A stretch of DNA of 63,326 bases, counting the filler, from Candidatus Woesearchaeota archaeon (GTDB lineage: Archaea > Nanobdellota > Nanobdellia > Woesearchaeales > J072), in the NCBI GenBank assembly GCA_003695265.1. It is 10 parts of 10 records of this genome, joined end to end, with 100 filler letters (N's around TTAATTAATTAA, not from the genome) between each part and the next. Parts side by side here need not be neighbours in the genome. Positions count along the whole stretch, not along the records: positions 48,454 to 51,355 come from RFII01000060.1; positions 51,456 to 57,989 come from RFII01000061.1; 8 more parts are not named here. One strand, given 5' to 3'. A program made the position numbers and the translations under genes. Within the stretch, counting starts at the first letter, position 1. Each line of letters starts with the position of its first letter. This document shows, piece after piece, positions 48,523-57,477 of this stretch. The notes beneath the pieces are model-generated. The model did not search any database. It was given only the letters and a program-made list of their open reading frames with translations, and was not told the DNA's origin.

Positions 48523-49485
48523 ATGAGAAAAACATTATTTTTTATTTTATTTTTTCTGTTAATCCTAGTCTCAGTTTCATTAGCGCAGTCTGACATGCCT
48601 GTCGGCCTGCAGAAAATAATTGAGTCTAACAGACAGATCACAGAGAGCTTCGCTGTTAAGGTGTCTTTTTTCATAGCGTTTGCAGCAGGAATCCTTGGCA
48701 TATTATCACCATGTATTCTTCCGTTCCTGCCAGCCTATTTCTCCTACACTTTCAAGGAGAAAAAGAACATTACCAAAATGACAATAGTGTTTTTTTTCGG
48801 CTTTTCACTAGTCTTTGTTGTGATGGGAGTTATCGCAGGGTTTCTTGGAGAGCAGACATTGTCGGTCGTGCAAAGCGAATGGCTTGTCACAATAGCAGGC
48901 ATATTCATTATAATACTCGGCTTAATGTCTTTGTTCGGCAAGGGATTCTCATCTTCCATAAAGGTGAAGCACAAGTCAAAGAATGACGTGCCAGGAACTT
49001 TTCTGCTTGGCGTGTTTTTTGCCCTCGGATGGACTGCGTGCCTCGGCCCAATACTTGCTGGAATTCTTGGAATAGGCGCTATACTGCACAACATCGGCTA
49101 CTCCGCATTGCTTCTGTTCTTTTACTCTTTAGGCAATCTTTTGCCATTGTTCGTTCTCTCTGTCTTTTACGACAAGCTCAACCTTTCTGAAAGCAAATTC
49201 ATAAGAGGGAAAAGTGTGAAAACATCTTTTTTCGGCAAGGAATACAGCTTCCACACAACAAACATGATATCAGGGTTTCTGTTTTTGACAATAGGGTTGG
49301 TGCTGGTATTGTATAAGGGGACTGGCATCATAAACAAGCTTGACATATTCCACACAAAGCAGTACTTTTATTCTGTTCAAAGGTTCCTCATAAATTGGGA
49401 GTACGCAAACATTGTCGGCGTTATTGTTTTCTTGCTGTTCGTGTTTGGAATAATCTGGTTCTTGCGCAAGTACAAGGCAGAGTAA
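48523..49485 (+). CDS. ccdA: CcdA/DsbD-family transmembrane thiol-disulfide electron transporter
   Basis: AFAAGILGILSPCILPFLPAY and LGVFFALGWTACLGPIL, YSLG...P. Confidence 0.9.
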   Translation: MRKTLFFILFFLLILVSVSLAQSDMPVGLQKIIESNRQITESFAVKVSFFIAFAAGILGILSPCILPFLPAYFSYTFKEKKNITKMTIVFFFGFSLVFVVMGVIAGFLGEQTLSVVQSEWLVTIAGIFIIILGLMSLFGKGFSSSIKVKHKSKNDVPGTFLLGVFFALGWTACLGPILAGILGIGAILHNIGYSALLLFFYSLGNLLPLFVLSVFYDKLNLSESKFIRGKSVKTSFFGKEYSFHTTNMISGFLFLTIGLVLVLYKGTGIINKLDIFHTKQYFYSVQRFLINWEYANIVGVIVFLLFVFGIIWFLRKYKAE

Positions 49486-49675
49486 AACTTGCAAGGTTAG
49501 AAATGTGTGGAATGGTGGCATATTTGTTAATATGCCTTGGCCATCCCATCAACATTGGTGGTTTTCAATGAGTAGTTATCAGTTGAAGTTATCAATCAGA
49601 ATACATTATATATTTAATATATTAAGTATAGAAGCAATAGTTATATAAATAAGCAATGGTTTCCTAGAATATACT

Positions 49676-50032
49676 ATGAATGAGGATTGTGTTATTTATA
49701 AAATAGCAGGGTTCATAGGAAAAAAGTGGACTATACCAATAATATTAGAGCTCTACAAGAAAAAACCAAAAAAGAGGTATTCTGAAATAAAGAAGAATTT
49801 CAGCGGCATAACCCCTAAGATACTATCGATGAGGCTTAAAGAGCTTGAAAAAAACGGGCTGGTAAAAAAGGAAATGGACATTTCCTCAGTGCCTGTAAAG
49901 TGCTATTATTCACTGACTGAAAGAGGATTGGATTTCATAAGAGTCATCAACCAGATAAAAAAATGGGGGCTGAAATGGAATTATGGGAGATGCTCTTCCA
50001 ATGCAAAAAGCTGCAAGAACTGCGACTTATGA
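49676..50032 (+). CDS. HxlR-family transcriptional regulator with N- and C-terminal Cys
   Basis: C.I......IGKKWTIPII, GITPKILSMRLKELE..GLV, PVKCYYSLT.RG; tail C.....CKNC. Confidence 0.9.
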   Translation: MNEDCVIYKIAGFIGKKWTIPIILELYKKKPKKRYSEIKKNFSGITPKILSMRLKELEKNGLVKKEMDISSVPVKCYYSLTERGLDFIRVINQIKKWGLKWNYGRCSSNAKSCKNCDL

Positions 50033-50341
50033 ATTCCTAAGCTCCCTCAGAACATGATCTTCTAGCTTTTTCCTGTCAAAAAGCGGCTCTTTGTGGCTGA
50101 ACTGGTAAAATTTTCTTCCATTCACAATGATTATTGGGGGGTGCCACGCAAGCCTTAACATGCAGTAAAACCAATGGTTAAGCCATGGCTTTATTTCAAA
50201 TTCCACGTCTTTGCCTTTGAACTCCTTTTCCATCATGCTTTGTATTGTAGATGTTGCTAAATTGCATTCCTCGCACTTGTTTGTTATCCTGAAAGGGCCC
50301 CACTTGCCAGCCCACTTGTACTGTGTTATTTTAACAGTCAT
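50027..50341 (-). CDS. Thioredoxin/glutaredoxin-like protein
   Basis: ATGA-coupled to ogg; CEEC motif and WHPPIIIVNG cis-Pro-like segment. Confidence 0.7.
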   Translation of the reverse strand: MTVKITQYKWAGKWGPFRITNKCEECNLATSTIQSMMEKEFKGKDVEFEIKPWLNHWFYCMLRLAWHPPIIIVNGRKFYQFSHKEPLFDRKKLEDHVLRELRNS

Positions 50342-50976
50342 TTCAAAACTTCCCCAGTCTTCATGTACCACATGTAAAGGTCAAGCTCGGCAGGGCTCAT
50401 GTTTAGCTGCGCGGCAAGCTTGTTGAACTTTTTCTCAAGCTCAAGGTACTTTTTCTTGCTCAGGTTTTTCGGGCTTTCTTTTATGACTCCGTTTTCGCGC
50501 ATTAAGCTGATTATGTGCCTGTCAAGTATTGCAAAGTTCTTATAACCAACATTCCTCAAGAAATGCGATGCTTCCTTGTAACCCAGGCCTTTGATGTTTT
50601 TGACAAGCCATTCGCGGGCCTCAAATTCGCCCATTTCTGTTATTATCCTCCTAATTTTGTCTTTGATGTCAACATGGCACCTCGCATCAACAATAAACTT
50701 GGCCTTGTTGTTGTGGAAGCGGTGCTTATTCCTCTTGATAGTTTCACTCAGGTCTTTCTGGCAGTAGCCGCAGAAGCCTTTTGAGGTTAGCTCCTGCTGG
50801 ATGTTTAATGCAGTGACTGCCTTTGAGTTTGCTGTTAAGATGCAGAAGCATAGCTCTGAAAACCATTCGTCTGTTTCTTTTTTGGCGAATGATTCAAATT
50901 CTTTCAGCCTGCTCTCAACTTTGTGTTTTACGCTTGAGTTTCGCAGCTCGCTTATAGTTTCGGCTAGGCCGCTCAT
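50338..50976 (-). CDS. ogg: 8-oxoguanine DNA glycosylase/AP lyase (archaeal/Thermotoga Ogg type)
   Basis: ELCFCILTAN, HRF...KA, KGLGYKEASHFLRNVG, AILDRHI, ELDLYMWY.KTG.VLK. Confidence 0.93.
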   Translation of the reverse strand: MSGLAETISELRNSSVKHKVESRLKEFESFAKKETDEWFSELCFCILTANSKAVTALNIQQELTSKGFCGYCQKDLSETIKRNKHRFHNNKAKFIVDARCHVDIKDKIRRIITEMGEFEAREWLVKNIKGLGYKEASHFLRNVGYKNFAILDRHIISLMRENGVIKESPKNLSKKKYLELEKKFNKLAAQLNMSPAELDLYMWYMKTGEVLK

Positions 50977-50992
50977 TTTTTTCGCTCATTTC

Positions 50993-51355
50993 CTAATTTG
51001 CCCACAGGCCGTGAATATTGCAGTAAGCCCTTGCTTTTATCCCATCTGCATTCTCGACATAAAACTCTGCGACAGGCTTGTCGCCTGGCTTAAGCTTCCT
51101 GCAGAAAATGACTTTGCCTTCTTTCAAAAGCTGGATCATCTCAATAAAATGGTTTTCTTCCATTGGGTGATCAACAGAGCCTACTTTCACAGTAACTTTG
51201 CTTCCATCAACTGTAACAACAGGGACGTGCTTTTCTTTTCCCTCCTGCTGAGATGTTTTCTCTTCAATCAGCTTCATCGGCTTTCCGCAACAGACAAGCT
51301 CGCCTCCATGCGCTTCCAGTACTGAAACAACGTTCCCGCAAATCTCGCATTTGTA
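50993..51355 (-). CDS. dfx: Desulfoferrodoxin / superoxide reductase, 5' end missing
   Basis: Manual extension [11 protein letters not shown]...[11 protein letters not shown], then [24 protein letters not shown]. Confidence 0.93.
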   Translation of the reverse strand, partial: YKCEICGNVVSVLEAHGGELVCCGKPMKLIEEKTSQQEGKEKHVPVVTVDGSKVTVKVGSVDHPMEENHFIEMIQLLKEGKVIFCRKLKPGDKPVAEFYVENADGIKARAYCNIHGLWAN

Positions 51356-51455
51356 NNNNNNNNNNNNNNNNNNNNNNNNNNNNNNNNNNNNNNNNNNNNT
51401 TAATTAATTAANNNNNNNNNNNNNNNNNNNNNNNNNNNNNNNNNNNNNNNNNNNN
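51356..51455. other. Artificial contig linker
   Basis: N-run with TTAATTAATTAA. Confidence 0.99.
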
Positions 51456-51456
51456 C

Positions 51457-51597
51457 TTATTATCTGTATTAATTACCAGTAATGATGTAAAATTAAATAT
51501 TCTAGGTTCTTATTTTGGAATGTCTGATTATGATAAAACTTGCAATTCATGCGGAGATGGTACTCCAATTGATGAATGTAGCCAAAATAAACAGTAA
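51457..51597 (+). CDS. 3' fragment of a small Cys-containing protein
   Basis: ...YDKTCNSCGDGTPIDECSQNKQ*. Confidence 0.35.
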   Translation, partial: LLSVLITSNDVKLNILGSYFGMSDYDKTCNSCGDGTPIDECSQNKQ

Positions 51598-51667
51598 GTA
51601 GATAGTAAGTTTTTGGCAAAGAGTTTACAATTAATAAAGATTTCTGAAATTTTTCAATTAATATAAA

Positions 51668-53287
51668 TTATAATCTTGAAGCACACGCTTTTACGAATCC
51701 GTCGAAAAGCGGCGCTGGCTTCATTATCCTTGACTTAAACTCCGGATGCGCTTGTGTTGCGATAAAAAAGATGTGGCCTGGAAGCTCCATGAATTCCATC
51801 AGCTTCCGGTCAGGTGACTGGCCTGAGAACAGCAGCCCATTATCCTCTAATATTTTGATGTATTCAGGATTAACTTCGTAGCGGTGCCTGTGCCTTTCAT
51901 TAACTAAGTCTTTTTTGTAAAGGCTATGCACTTTTGTCCCTTTTTTTAGTGTGGCAGGCCATGATCCTAAACGCATAGTAGCGCCGTAATTATTATCTGC
52001 TAAAAGCTTTTTCTGCTCTGGCAATATATCAATGACTGGGTGCTTTGCGTTCGGCTCAATCTCAACTGTGTGCGCTCCTTTTAAGTTGCAGACGTTCCTG
52101 GCAAATTCTACAACTGCCAACTGCATTCCAAAACAAAGCCCCAAGAATGGGATATTGTGCTCTCTCAGGTATTGGATTGCCAGGATTTTCCCTTCTGTGC
52201 CGCTCTTTCCAAAGCCTCCCGGAACTATGACGCCGTGAACGTTGTTTAAGGCTGACAGTTTAAGAGGGTTTTTTTCAAATTCTTTTGAATTAAGCCATAT
52301 TATTTCAGCCTGCGCCTTGCTGTGCCAGGAAGCATGTTTTATAGCTTCAATAACAGAGATGTAAGAGTCCTGCAGCACAAAATTTCCGATGTCAAAGTAC
52401 TTGCCAACAACACCAATCCTCAATTTTTTGCGAAACAGAGGAATCTTATTAACGTAATTAGCCCAGGAAACAAGTTTTCCTTTTTTGTACTTTAGCCCGA
52501 AACGATTAAAGATTAACTCTCCGAAGTTTTGTTTTTCATAAACAATTGGAACCTCATAAATGCTTTTTAAGTCTGGGTTTGATATTACGTTGTTGCGCTT
52601 CACATTACAGAATAATGACAGTTTTTCCCTTCTAACTTCGTCTAAAGGCTGCTCTGACCTCGCAACAATAAAGTCTGGCTGGATGCCCTGCTCGTTTAAT
52701 GCCCTGACAGAATGCTGGGCCGGCTTAGTCTTCATCTCTCCTATGTTTTTGGGGATTGGAAGATAAGCAACATGAATAAAAACCATCGGCTCTCCCTCAA
52801 GCCTCATAGTCCTCAGTGCTTCAAGAAAAAGCACGTTCTGGTAATCGCCTATTGTTCCTCCTACTTCAACAAGAACAAAATCCGAGTTTTTCCCAATAAG
52901 CTTGAGCCTTCTTTTCACTTCTTGTGGTATGTGGGGGATCACCTCGACGCATTTCCCATCATATTTGAGGTTTCGCTCGTCAGAGATAACCTTTTGGTAA
53001 ACCTGGCCTGTTGTTATATTGTTAAGCTTTGAAAGGCTTACGTCAAGAAACCTCTCATAGTTCCCTAAGTCCTGATCTGTTTCCCCGCCGTCATCTGTGA
53101 CAAAAACCTCGCCGTGCTCTGTTGGCCTCATAGTTCCTGCATCGAGGTTTATATAAGGGTCGATTTTTACAGGACTGACAGAGAATCCTTGCGACTTTAT
53201 GAGTCTGCCAATTGATGATGTAACAACGCCTTTCCCAAGGCCTGAAAGAACTCCTCCTGTCACAACAACCCACTTTGTTCTGCGCAT
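51668..53287 (-). CDS. pyrG: CTP synthase
   Basis: TGGVLSGLGKG, KIDPYIN.DAGTM.P.EHGEV, KTKP.QHSV, GLCFGMQ, ERHRHRYE, QAHPEF. Confidence 0.98.
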   Translation of the reverse strand: MRRTKWVVVTGGVLSGLGKGVVTSSIGRLIKSQGFSVSPVKIDPYINLDAGTMRPTEHGEVFVTDDGGETDQDLGNYERFLDVSLSKLNNITTGQVYQKVISDERNLKYDGKCVEVIPHIPQEVKRRLKLIGKNSDFVLVEVGGTIGDYQNVLFLEALRTMRLEGEPMVFIHVAYLPIPKNIGEMKTKPAQHSVRALNEQGIQPDFIVARSEQPLDEVRREKLSLFCNVKRNNVISNPDLKSIYEVPIVYEKQNFGELIFNRFGLKYKKGKLVSWANYVNKIPLFRKKLRIGVVGKYFDIGNFVLQDSYISVIEAIKHASWHSKAQAEIIWLNSKEFEKNPLKLSALNNVHGVIVPGGFGKSGTEGKILAIQYLREHNIPFLGLCFGMQLAVVEFARNVCNLKGAHTVEIEPNAKHPVIDILPEQKKLLADNNYGATMRLGSWPATLKKGTKVHSLYKKDLVNERHRHRYEVNPEYIKILEDNGLLFSGQSPDRKLMEFMELPGHIFFIATQAHPEFKSRIMKPAPLFDGFVKACASRL

Positions 53288-53383
53288 AGGATTCCTAAAA
53301 CAAAGCTGTTTTTAAGTTTTGTTGTTGAATAAAATATAGATTTACCAAAACAATTAAAAAATTGAAAGGTTTTCCTGCTTTTC

Positions 53384-54052
53384 ATGAGATTCAAAGTTCA
53401 GAATGCTGCAATAGTAATTGTTGTGGTTAATATATTATTTTTCATACTCCAGCAGGTTCTTGGAAGCAGGTTCACTGAAGCGTTTATTCTTGTTTCCAAA
53501 GATGCCTTTGCAAGACCGTGGATTCTGCTTACGTCAATGTTTTTGCACGCTAACTCAACCCACCTCTTGTTTAACATGTACGCACTTTTTGTTTTCGGCC
53601 CGTTGATAGAGCAGAGGATAGGCTCAAAAAGGTTTTTGTTCGTTTACTTCCTTTCGGGAATAGTGGCTGCGCTTGCTTCAATCCCTTTTTATCCGAGAGC
53701 TTTGGGAGCCAGCGGCGCTATAATGGGCATTCTCGGAGTTACCATAATGCTTATGCCTGACTTGCGCGTCTTGCTCTTCTTTATGATACCTATGTCATTG
53801 AGGACTGCAGGCATAATCTTCGCTCTTATAGACATATTTGGCATTTTCGTGCCTAATGGCGTTGCAAACATAGCTCATCTTGCCGGATTGGGCTGCGGCC
53901 TCGGATTCGGGTATTACCTGTTAAGGAAGAAAAAAGATTTCACGAGAAAGTTTGTTGAAAGGCCAAAGAAAGCAAAAATGTATGGAAATGAGGTTAGCAT
54001 TGAATTGAGTGATGAGGAAATAGATGATTACATAAGATATGGCAGACTATAA
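53384..54052 (+). CDS. Rhomboid intramembrane serine protease
   Basis: PW.LLTSMFLH...HLLFNM, GASGA, AHLAG. Confidence 0.92.
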   Translation: MRFKVQNAAIVIVVVNILFFILQQVLGSRFTEAFILVSKDAFARPWILLTSMFLHANSTHLLFNMYALFVFGPLIEQRIGSKRFLFVYFLSGIVAALASIPFYPRALGASGAIMGILGVTIMLMPDLRVLLFFMIPMSLRTAGIIFALIDIFGIFVPNGVANIAHLAGLGCGLGFGYYLLRKKKDFTRKFVERPKKAKMYGNEVSIELSDEEIDDYIRYGRL

Positions 54053-54130
54053 TTTACGTTTTTACTCTTCTAAAATAGTAACTTTTAAATATTAAGTTGT
54101 ATTTTTTGTGAAAAATGGAGGGTGTTTCAT

Positions 54131-54946
54131 ATGGCAAATGGTAATCTTACTAAGGGGTTAGTCGCACTAATCGTGCTTGTCGTAGTGATTGGTGTGGTAG
54201 TCATTGCTTCCATTCTAAGCTCTGGGAGTAATGAGTCAAAGAGTGTTGAGCTAAGCCAACAGCAGAGTCTTATCAGCCAGCAAAGCAAAGCTATCAAAGA
54301 ATTAGAGGATAAGCTTTCAAGTAAGGAAGAGGAGCTGGCATCAGCAAAAGCACAGGCACAAAATGCACAGATGCAGGTTGATGACGCAGTTAAGAAAATA
54401 AATGAGCTCATGGATGAAATAAAGAGCTTGCAGGACGAAATTGACACTTTGTCATCAGAACAAACTGGGACAGGCTCAGGAACACAAGAGATTGACTTTT
54501 ATAATTTTGACTTAAGCGACTGCCCAAAAGTTGTGAGGGCCGCAGAAGCTGCTGAAGACAACGCAAAAGACGCGAGAGACAACGCAGAAGATGACTTAAT
54601 TGATTATGAGAGAGACTTATCAGATGAGGAAGATAAGCTACAAGAAATAAGAGATGACCTAACACTTTGTAGGGACGCTTACGCAGCAGTTACAGGAAAT
54701 TCAAGCTGCTCGAATGGTGAATGCTTGAGTGACTTGCAAAAAAGCAAATGTGGCAGCACAGCAAGCAGAATAGATGATGAGATAAACAGGTTGGAAAGAA
54801 AGGAGAGAAACCAGGAAGATGATGTGAGGAACGCAGAAGATGACGTTGACAACGCGGAGGATGATTTAAGAGACGCAGAAGATGATTATGATGATGCAAA
54901 GAAGCTCACAAGAGATGTTAAGAGGAAATGCAGGGGCTACTATTAA
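54131..54946 (+). CDS. Membrane-anchored extracellular coiled-coil protein with AEDD heptad repeats
   Basis: N-terminal TM; AEDNAKD/AEDDVDN/AEDDLRD repeats; six Cys. Confidence 0.8.
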   Translation: MANGNLTKGLVALIVLVVVIGVVVIASILSSGSNESKSVELSQQQSLISQQSKAIKELEDKLSSKEEELASAKAQAQNAQMQVDDAVKKINELMDEIKSLQDEIDTLSSEQTGTGSGTQEIDFYNFDLSDCPKVVRAAEAAEDNAKDARDNAEDDLIDYERDLSDEEDKLQEIRDDLTLCRDAYAAVTGNSSCSNGECLSDLQKSKCGSTASRIDDEINRLERKERNQEDDVRNAEDDVDNAEDDLRDAEDDYDDAKKLTRDVKRKCRGYY

Positions 54947-55039
54947 GGTTTGGTTTTTTTATTTTTTTAATTAATTCTTATCATTTTTTCTGATAATTTT
55001 TGAATAAACTTTTTAAACTGCAAAGTTCTTTCGCAATAC

Positions 55040-55396
55040 ATGACATCTTTAATAGCATGCCTGTCAACTGGAAAAGGGACTTGGACTGAAATACTGCATT
55101 TGATGAAAGCAGAGGAATGGGACAAGGTTTACCTTATTACGAACAAGTTCGGCAAAGAAAAGTTCTCTGCTGATCCAAAAACAGAGTTTATAGTAACTGA
55201 CTTCAATAAGACTGTTAAGGAAATAGCTGATGATGTTTACAGGCAGCTTAACGGCAAAGTTTCCGGATTTGAAGTGGCATTAAACCTGATTTCCGGAGCT
55301 GGAAAAGAGCACATGGCAATAATGGCTGCATTGATTAAATGCGGCTTAGGCTTCCGCATAGTCAATATGGGAGAGAAGGGAGTTGAGGAGTTATAA
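55040..55396 (+). CDS. Conserved hypothetical protein, possible stand-alone CARF-like Rossmann domain
   Basis: LIACLSTGKG, KVYLIT, VALNLISGAGKEH. Confidence 0.7.
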   Translation: MTSLIACLSTGKGTWTEILHLMKAEEWDKVYLITNKFGKEKFSADPKTEFIVTDFNKTVKEIADDVYRQLNGKVSGFEVALNLISGAGKEHMAIMAALIKCGLGFRIVNMGEKGVEEL

Positions 55397-55420
55397 TTAT
55401 TTGAGTTTATTACTCTTTTT

Positions 55421-55504
55421 GTGGCAACAATAATGGCAGGCAAACCGATTTTGCTGTGCAAAATCTCGGCCTAGAGGCTAGACCGTTTACTCCATTGTTG
55501 CCAC
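55421..55504 (-). other. Three-way-junction structured element (candidate ncRNA or ssDNA element)
   Basis: 11-bp outer stem GTGGCAACAAT/ATTGTTGCCAC enclosing two hairpins; G-U pairs work on the minus strand. Confidence 0.5.
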
Positions 55505-55515
55505 CTCATTAGTTA

Positions 55516-55589
55516 GGGATTCAAAGGGAGTGGTTAACGAACTAAGTGAAGTTAACCCCAGAAATCGAAGATTTCTCGTGTCCCCTTTG
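55516..55589. repeat. REP-like multi-hairpin palindrome
   Basis: CAAAGGG/CCCTTTG enclosing GGTTAAC/GTTAACC and AGAAATC-GAA-GATTTCT. Confidence 0.55.
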
Positions 55590-55622
55590 TAAAAATAATT
55601 TAAGAAATCAAATCACATTAAT

Positions 55623-57380
55623 TTAGCTGTAATAAAACACGTTCTTGCTCTTCTGCTGCCGGTCCATCTGCGAGTCAGGCTTATTTGCACGGGGCCTGTT
55701 GCTTTCAGGGTCTCTTCTAAATGTTATGCCAAGGTCCTTGAGGAAAACATTCATGCCCTCCTCCATTGAGTAAGGTCCTTTGACAATTCCTTTCACAGCA
55801 GGCTCACCGTCAAAAACCAGAAGGCTGCTGCTTATGTAATCAATGAATAATAAGTCGTGGTCAATGATCAGCGCGCTTTTGCCGCTTTTTTCCATGAAGT
55901 CCTTTATTATTTTTGAGATGAGGAGGCGCTGCTCAACGTCCAAGTATGCGGAGGGCTCATCTAACAAGTAAAGATCTGCTTCCTTTGAAAGGCAGCTGGC
56001 TATTGCTACGCGCTGAAGCTCTCCGCCGGAAAGCTCTGAAAGCTTTAATGTCATCAAAGAAGTCAGGCCGAGCGGCTTTACGATTTGCGTGTTAAAGTTT
56101 TTGACAGCATCTTTAAGAACATTCGCAACTAATTCATCGTTTGCTTCCAAGTACTGAGCCTTGTAGCTTACTTTTACTTCAGGCCCTATTTCGCCAGAGT
56201 CAGGCTTTTCGACTCCTGCAAGTATTTTTGCAAAAGTTGTTTTTCCAATGCCGTTCTCTCCTAAAACTCCGAAGACTGAGTGTTTTTCTATAGTTCCTTG
56301 CTCTGCCTCCAAGCTGAACTTCCCAAGTTTTTTGCTGAGAGATGACCAGGAAGTGAGCTCGTTACGCTTGCTTTCTTTGATTGGCGCGGCTTTCATAAAC
56401 CTTATTTGGTAATCCCTAAACCTGACGTTTTCTTCTTTAAGGTAGCCTTCCAGGAAGATGTTGATTCCCACTTTTGTTGATTTTGGCTGACTTACAATGC
56501 CGTAAGCGCTTTGCTTCCCATAAAGAATGTTTATAAGGTCAGCCATGTAATCCAGTATTATCAAGTCGTGCTCAACAACCATGACAGCAGTGTTCTCGTC
56601 TGCCAAGCTTCTTATAAATTTACTAACTCTTATTCTCTGTTTAATATCAAGGTAGCTTGTTGGCTCGTCAAAAACGTAGAAGTTCGCTTTTTTGAGTACT
56701 GTTGCGGCTATTGCAACTCTTTGAAGTTCTCCTCCTGAGATTTCCCTTATGTCATTATCAAGGATTTTGCCAATTTGGAGTTCTTCCACGACCTCGTCAA
56801 ATTTTTTGCGCTCGTCAACCTTTTTCAACAAGTCCCTCACTTTTCCCTTGGTCGTGTTTGGTATTTGATCAACTTGCTGCGGCTTATAACTAACAATAAT
56901 ATCTCCGGAGCGTACTTTCTCAAAGAATTTCTGAGCTTCTGTGCCCTTAAAATGTTCTATTAAGTCATCATAGGACGCTTCTCCTTCAAGGTTTCCCAAG
57001 TTGGGCTTTAAAACGCCTGCAAGAATTTTGATGGCTGTTGACTTGCCAATCCCGTTTACGCCGAGTATGCCGACAACTTTTCCAAAAACAGGTGTTGGCA
57101 GGCTGAAAAGGCGGAAAGCGTTCTTGCCGTAACAGTGGATAGGCTCCTGCTCAAGAGCCTCTGGCAGGTTAACAATTATTATCTCGTCATTAGGGCATTT
57201 TTTCACGCAGATCCCGCAGCCAATGCACGTAGCCTCATCTATTTGAATCTTGCCGTCTTCGCCCATAGTGATGCACTCAGTGCCGGACCTGTTAACAGGG
57301 CATGCGTTTATGGCAAGGCGCTGCCAGTCATCACCAGCGTTTATTTTATCTTTCTTCACGATAGCGACTCGTTTTGCCAT
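55623..57380 (-). CDS. rli: ABCE1/RLI ribosome recycling ATPase
   Basis: CIGCGICVKKCP; two NBDs GVNGIGKS / GENGIGKT; LSGGELQRVAIA-type signature twice; RPRANK..SQ.D. Confidence 0.96.
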   Translation of the reverse strand: MAKRVAIVKKDKINAGDDWQRLAINACPVNRSGTECITMGEDGKIQIDEATCIGCGICVKKCPNDEIIIVNLPEALEQEPIHCYGKNAFRLFSLPTPVFGKVVGILGVNGIGKSTAIKILAGVLKPNLGNLEGEASYDDLIEHFKGTEAQKFFEKVRSGDIIVSYKPQQVDQIPNTTKGKVRDLLKKVDERKKFDEVVEELQIGKILDNDIREISGGELQRVAIAATVLKKANFYVFDEPTSYLDIKQRIRVSKFIRSLADENTAVMVVEHDLIILDYMADLINILYGKQSAYGIVSQPKSTKVGINIFLEGYLKEENVRFRDYQIRFMKAAPIKESKRNELTSWSSLSKKLGKFSLEAEQGTIEKHSVFGVLGENGIGKTTFAKILAGVEKPDSGEIGPEVKVSYKAQYLEANDELVANVLKDAVKNFNTQIVKPLGLTSLMTLKLSELSGGELQRVAIASCLSKEADLYLLDEPSAYLDVEQRLLISKIIKDFMEKSGKSALIIDHDLLFIDYISSSLLVFDGEPAVKGIVKGPYSMEEGMNVFLKDLGITFRRDPESNRPRANKPDSQMDRQQKSKNVFYYS

Positions 57381-57477
57381 AAAGAAAAGAACTGAAAAAG
57401 AGTATTTAAAGCTTGCCATAGGAAAAGTTTTTATAGTTAATAGTTGTTTATAACAAATAAGCCAGGGGGTGAATGTT

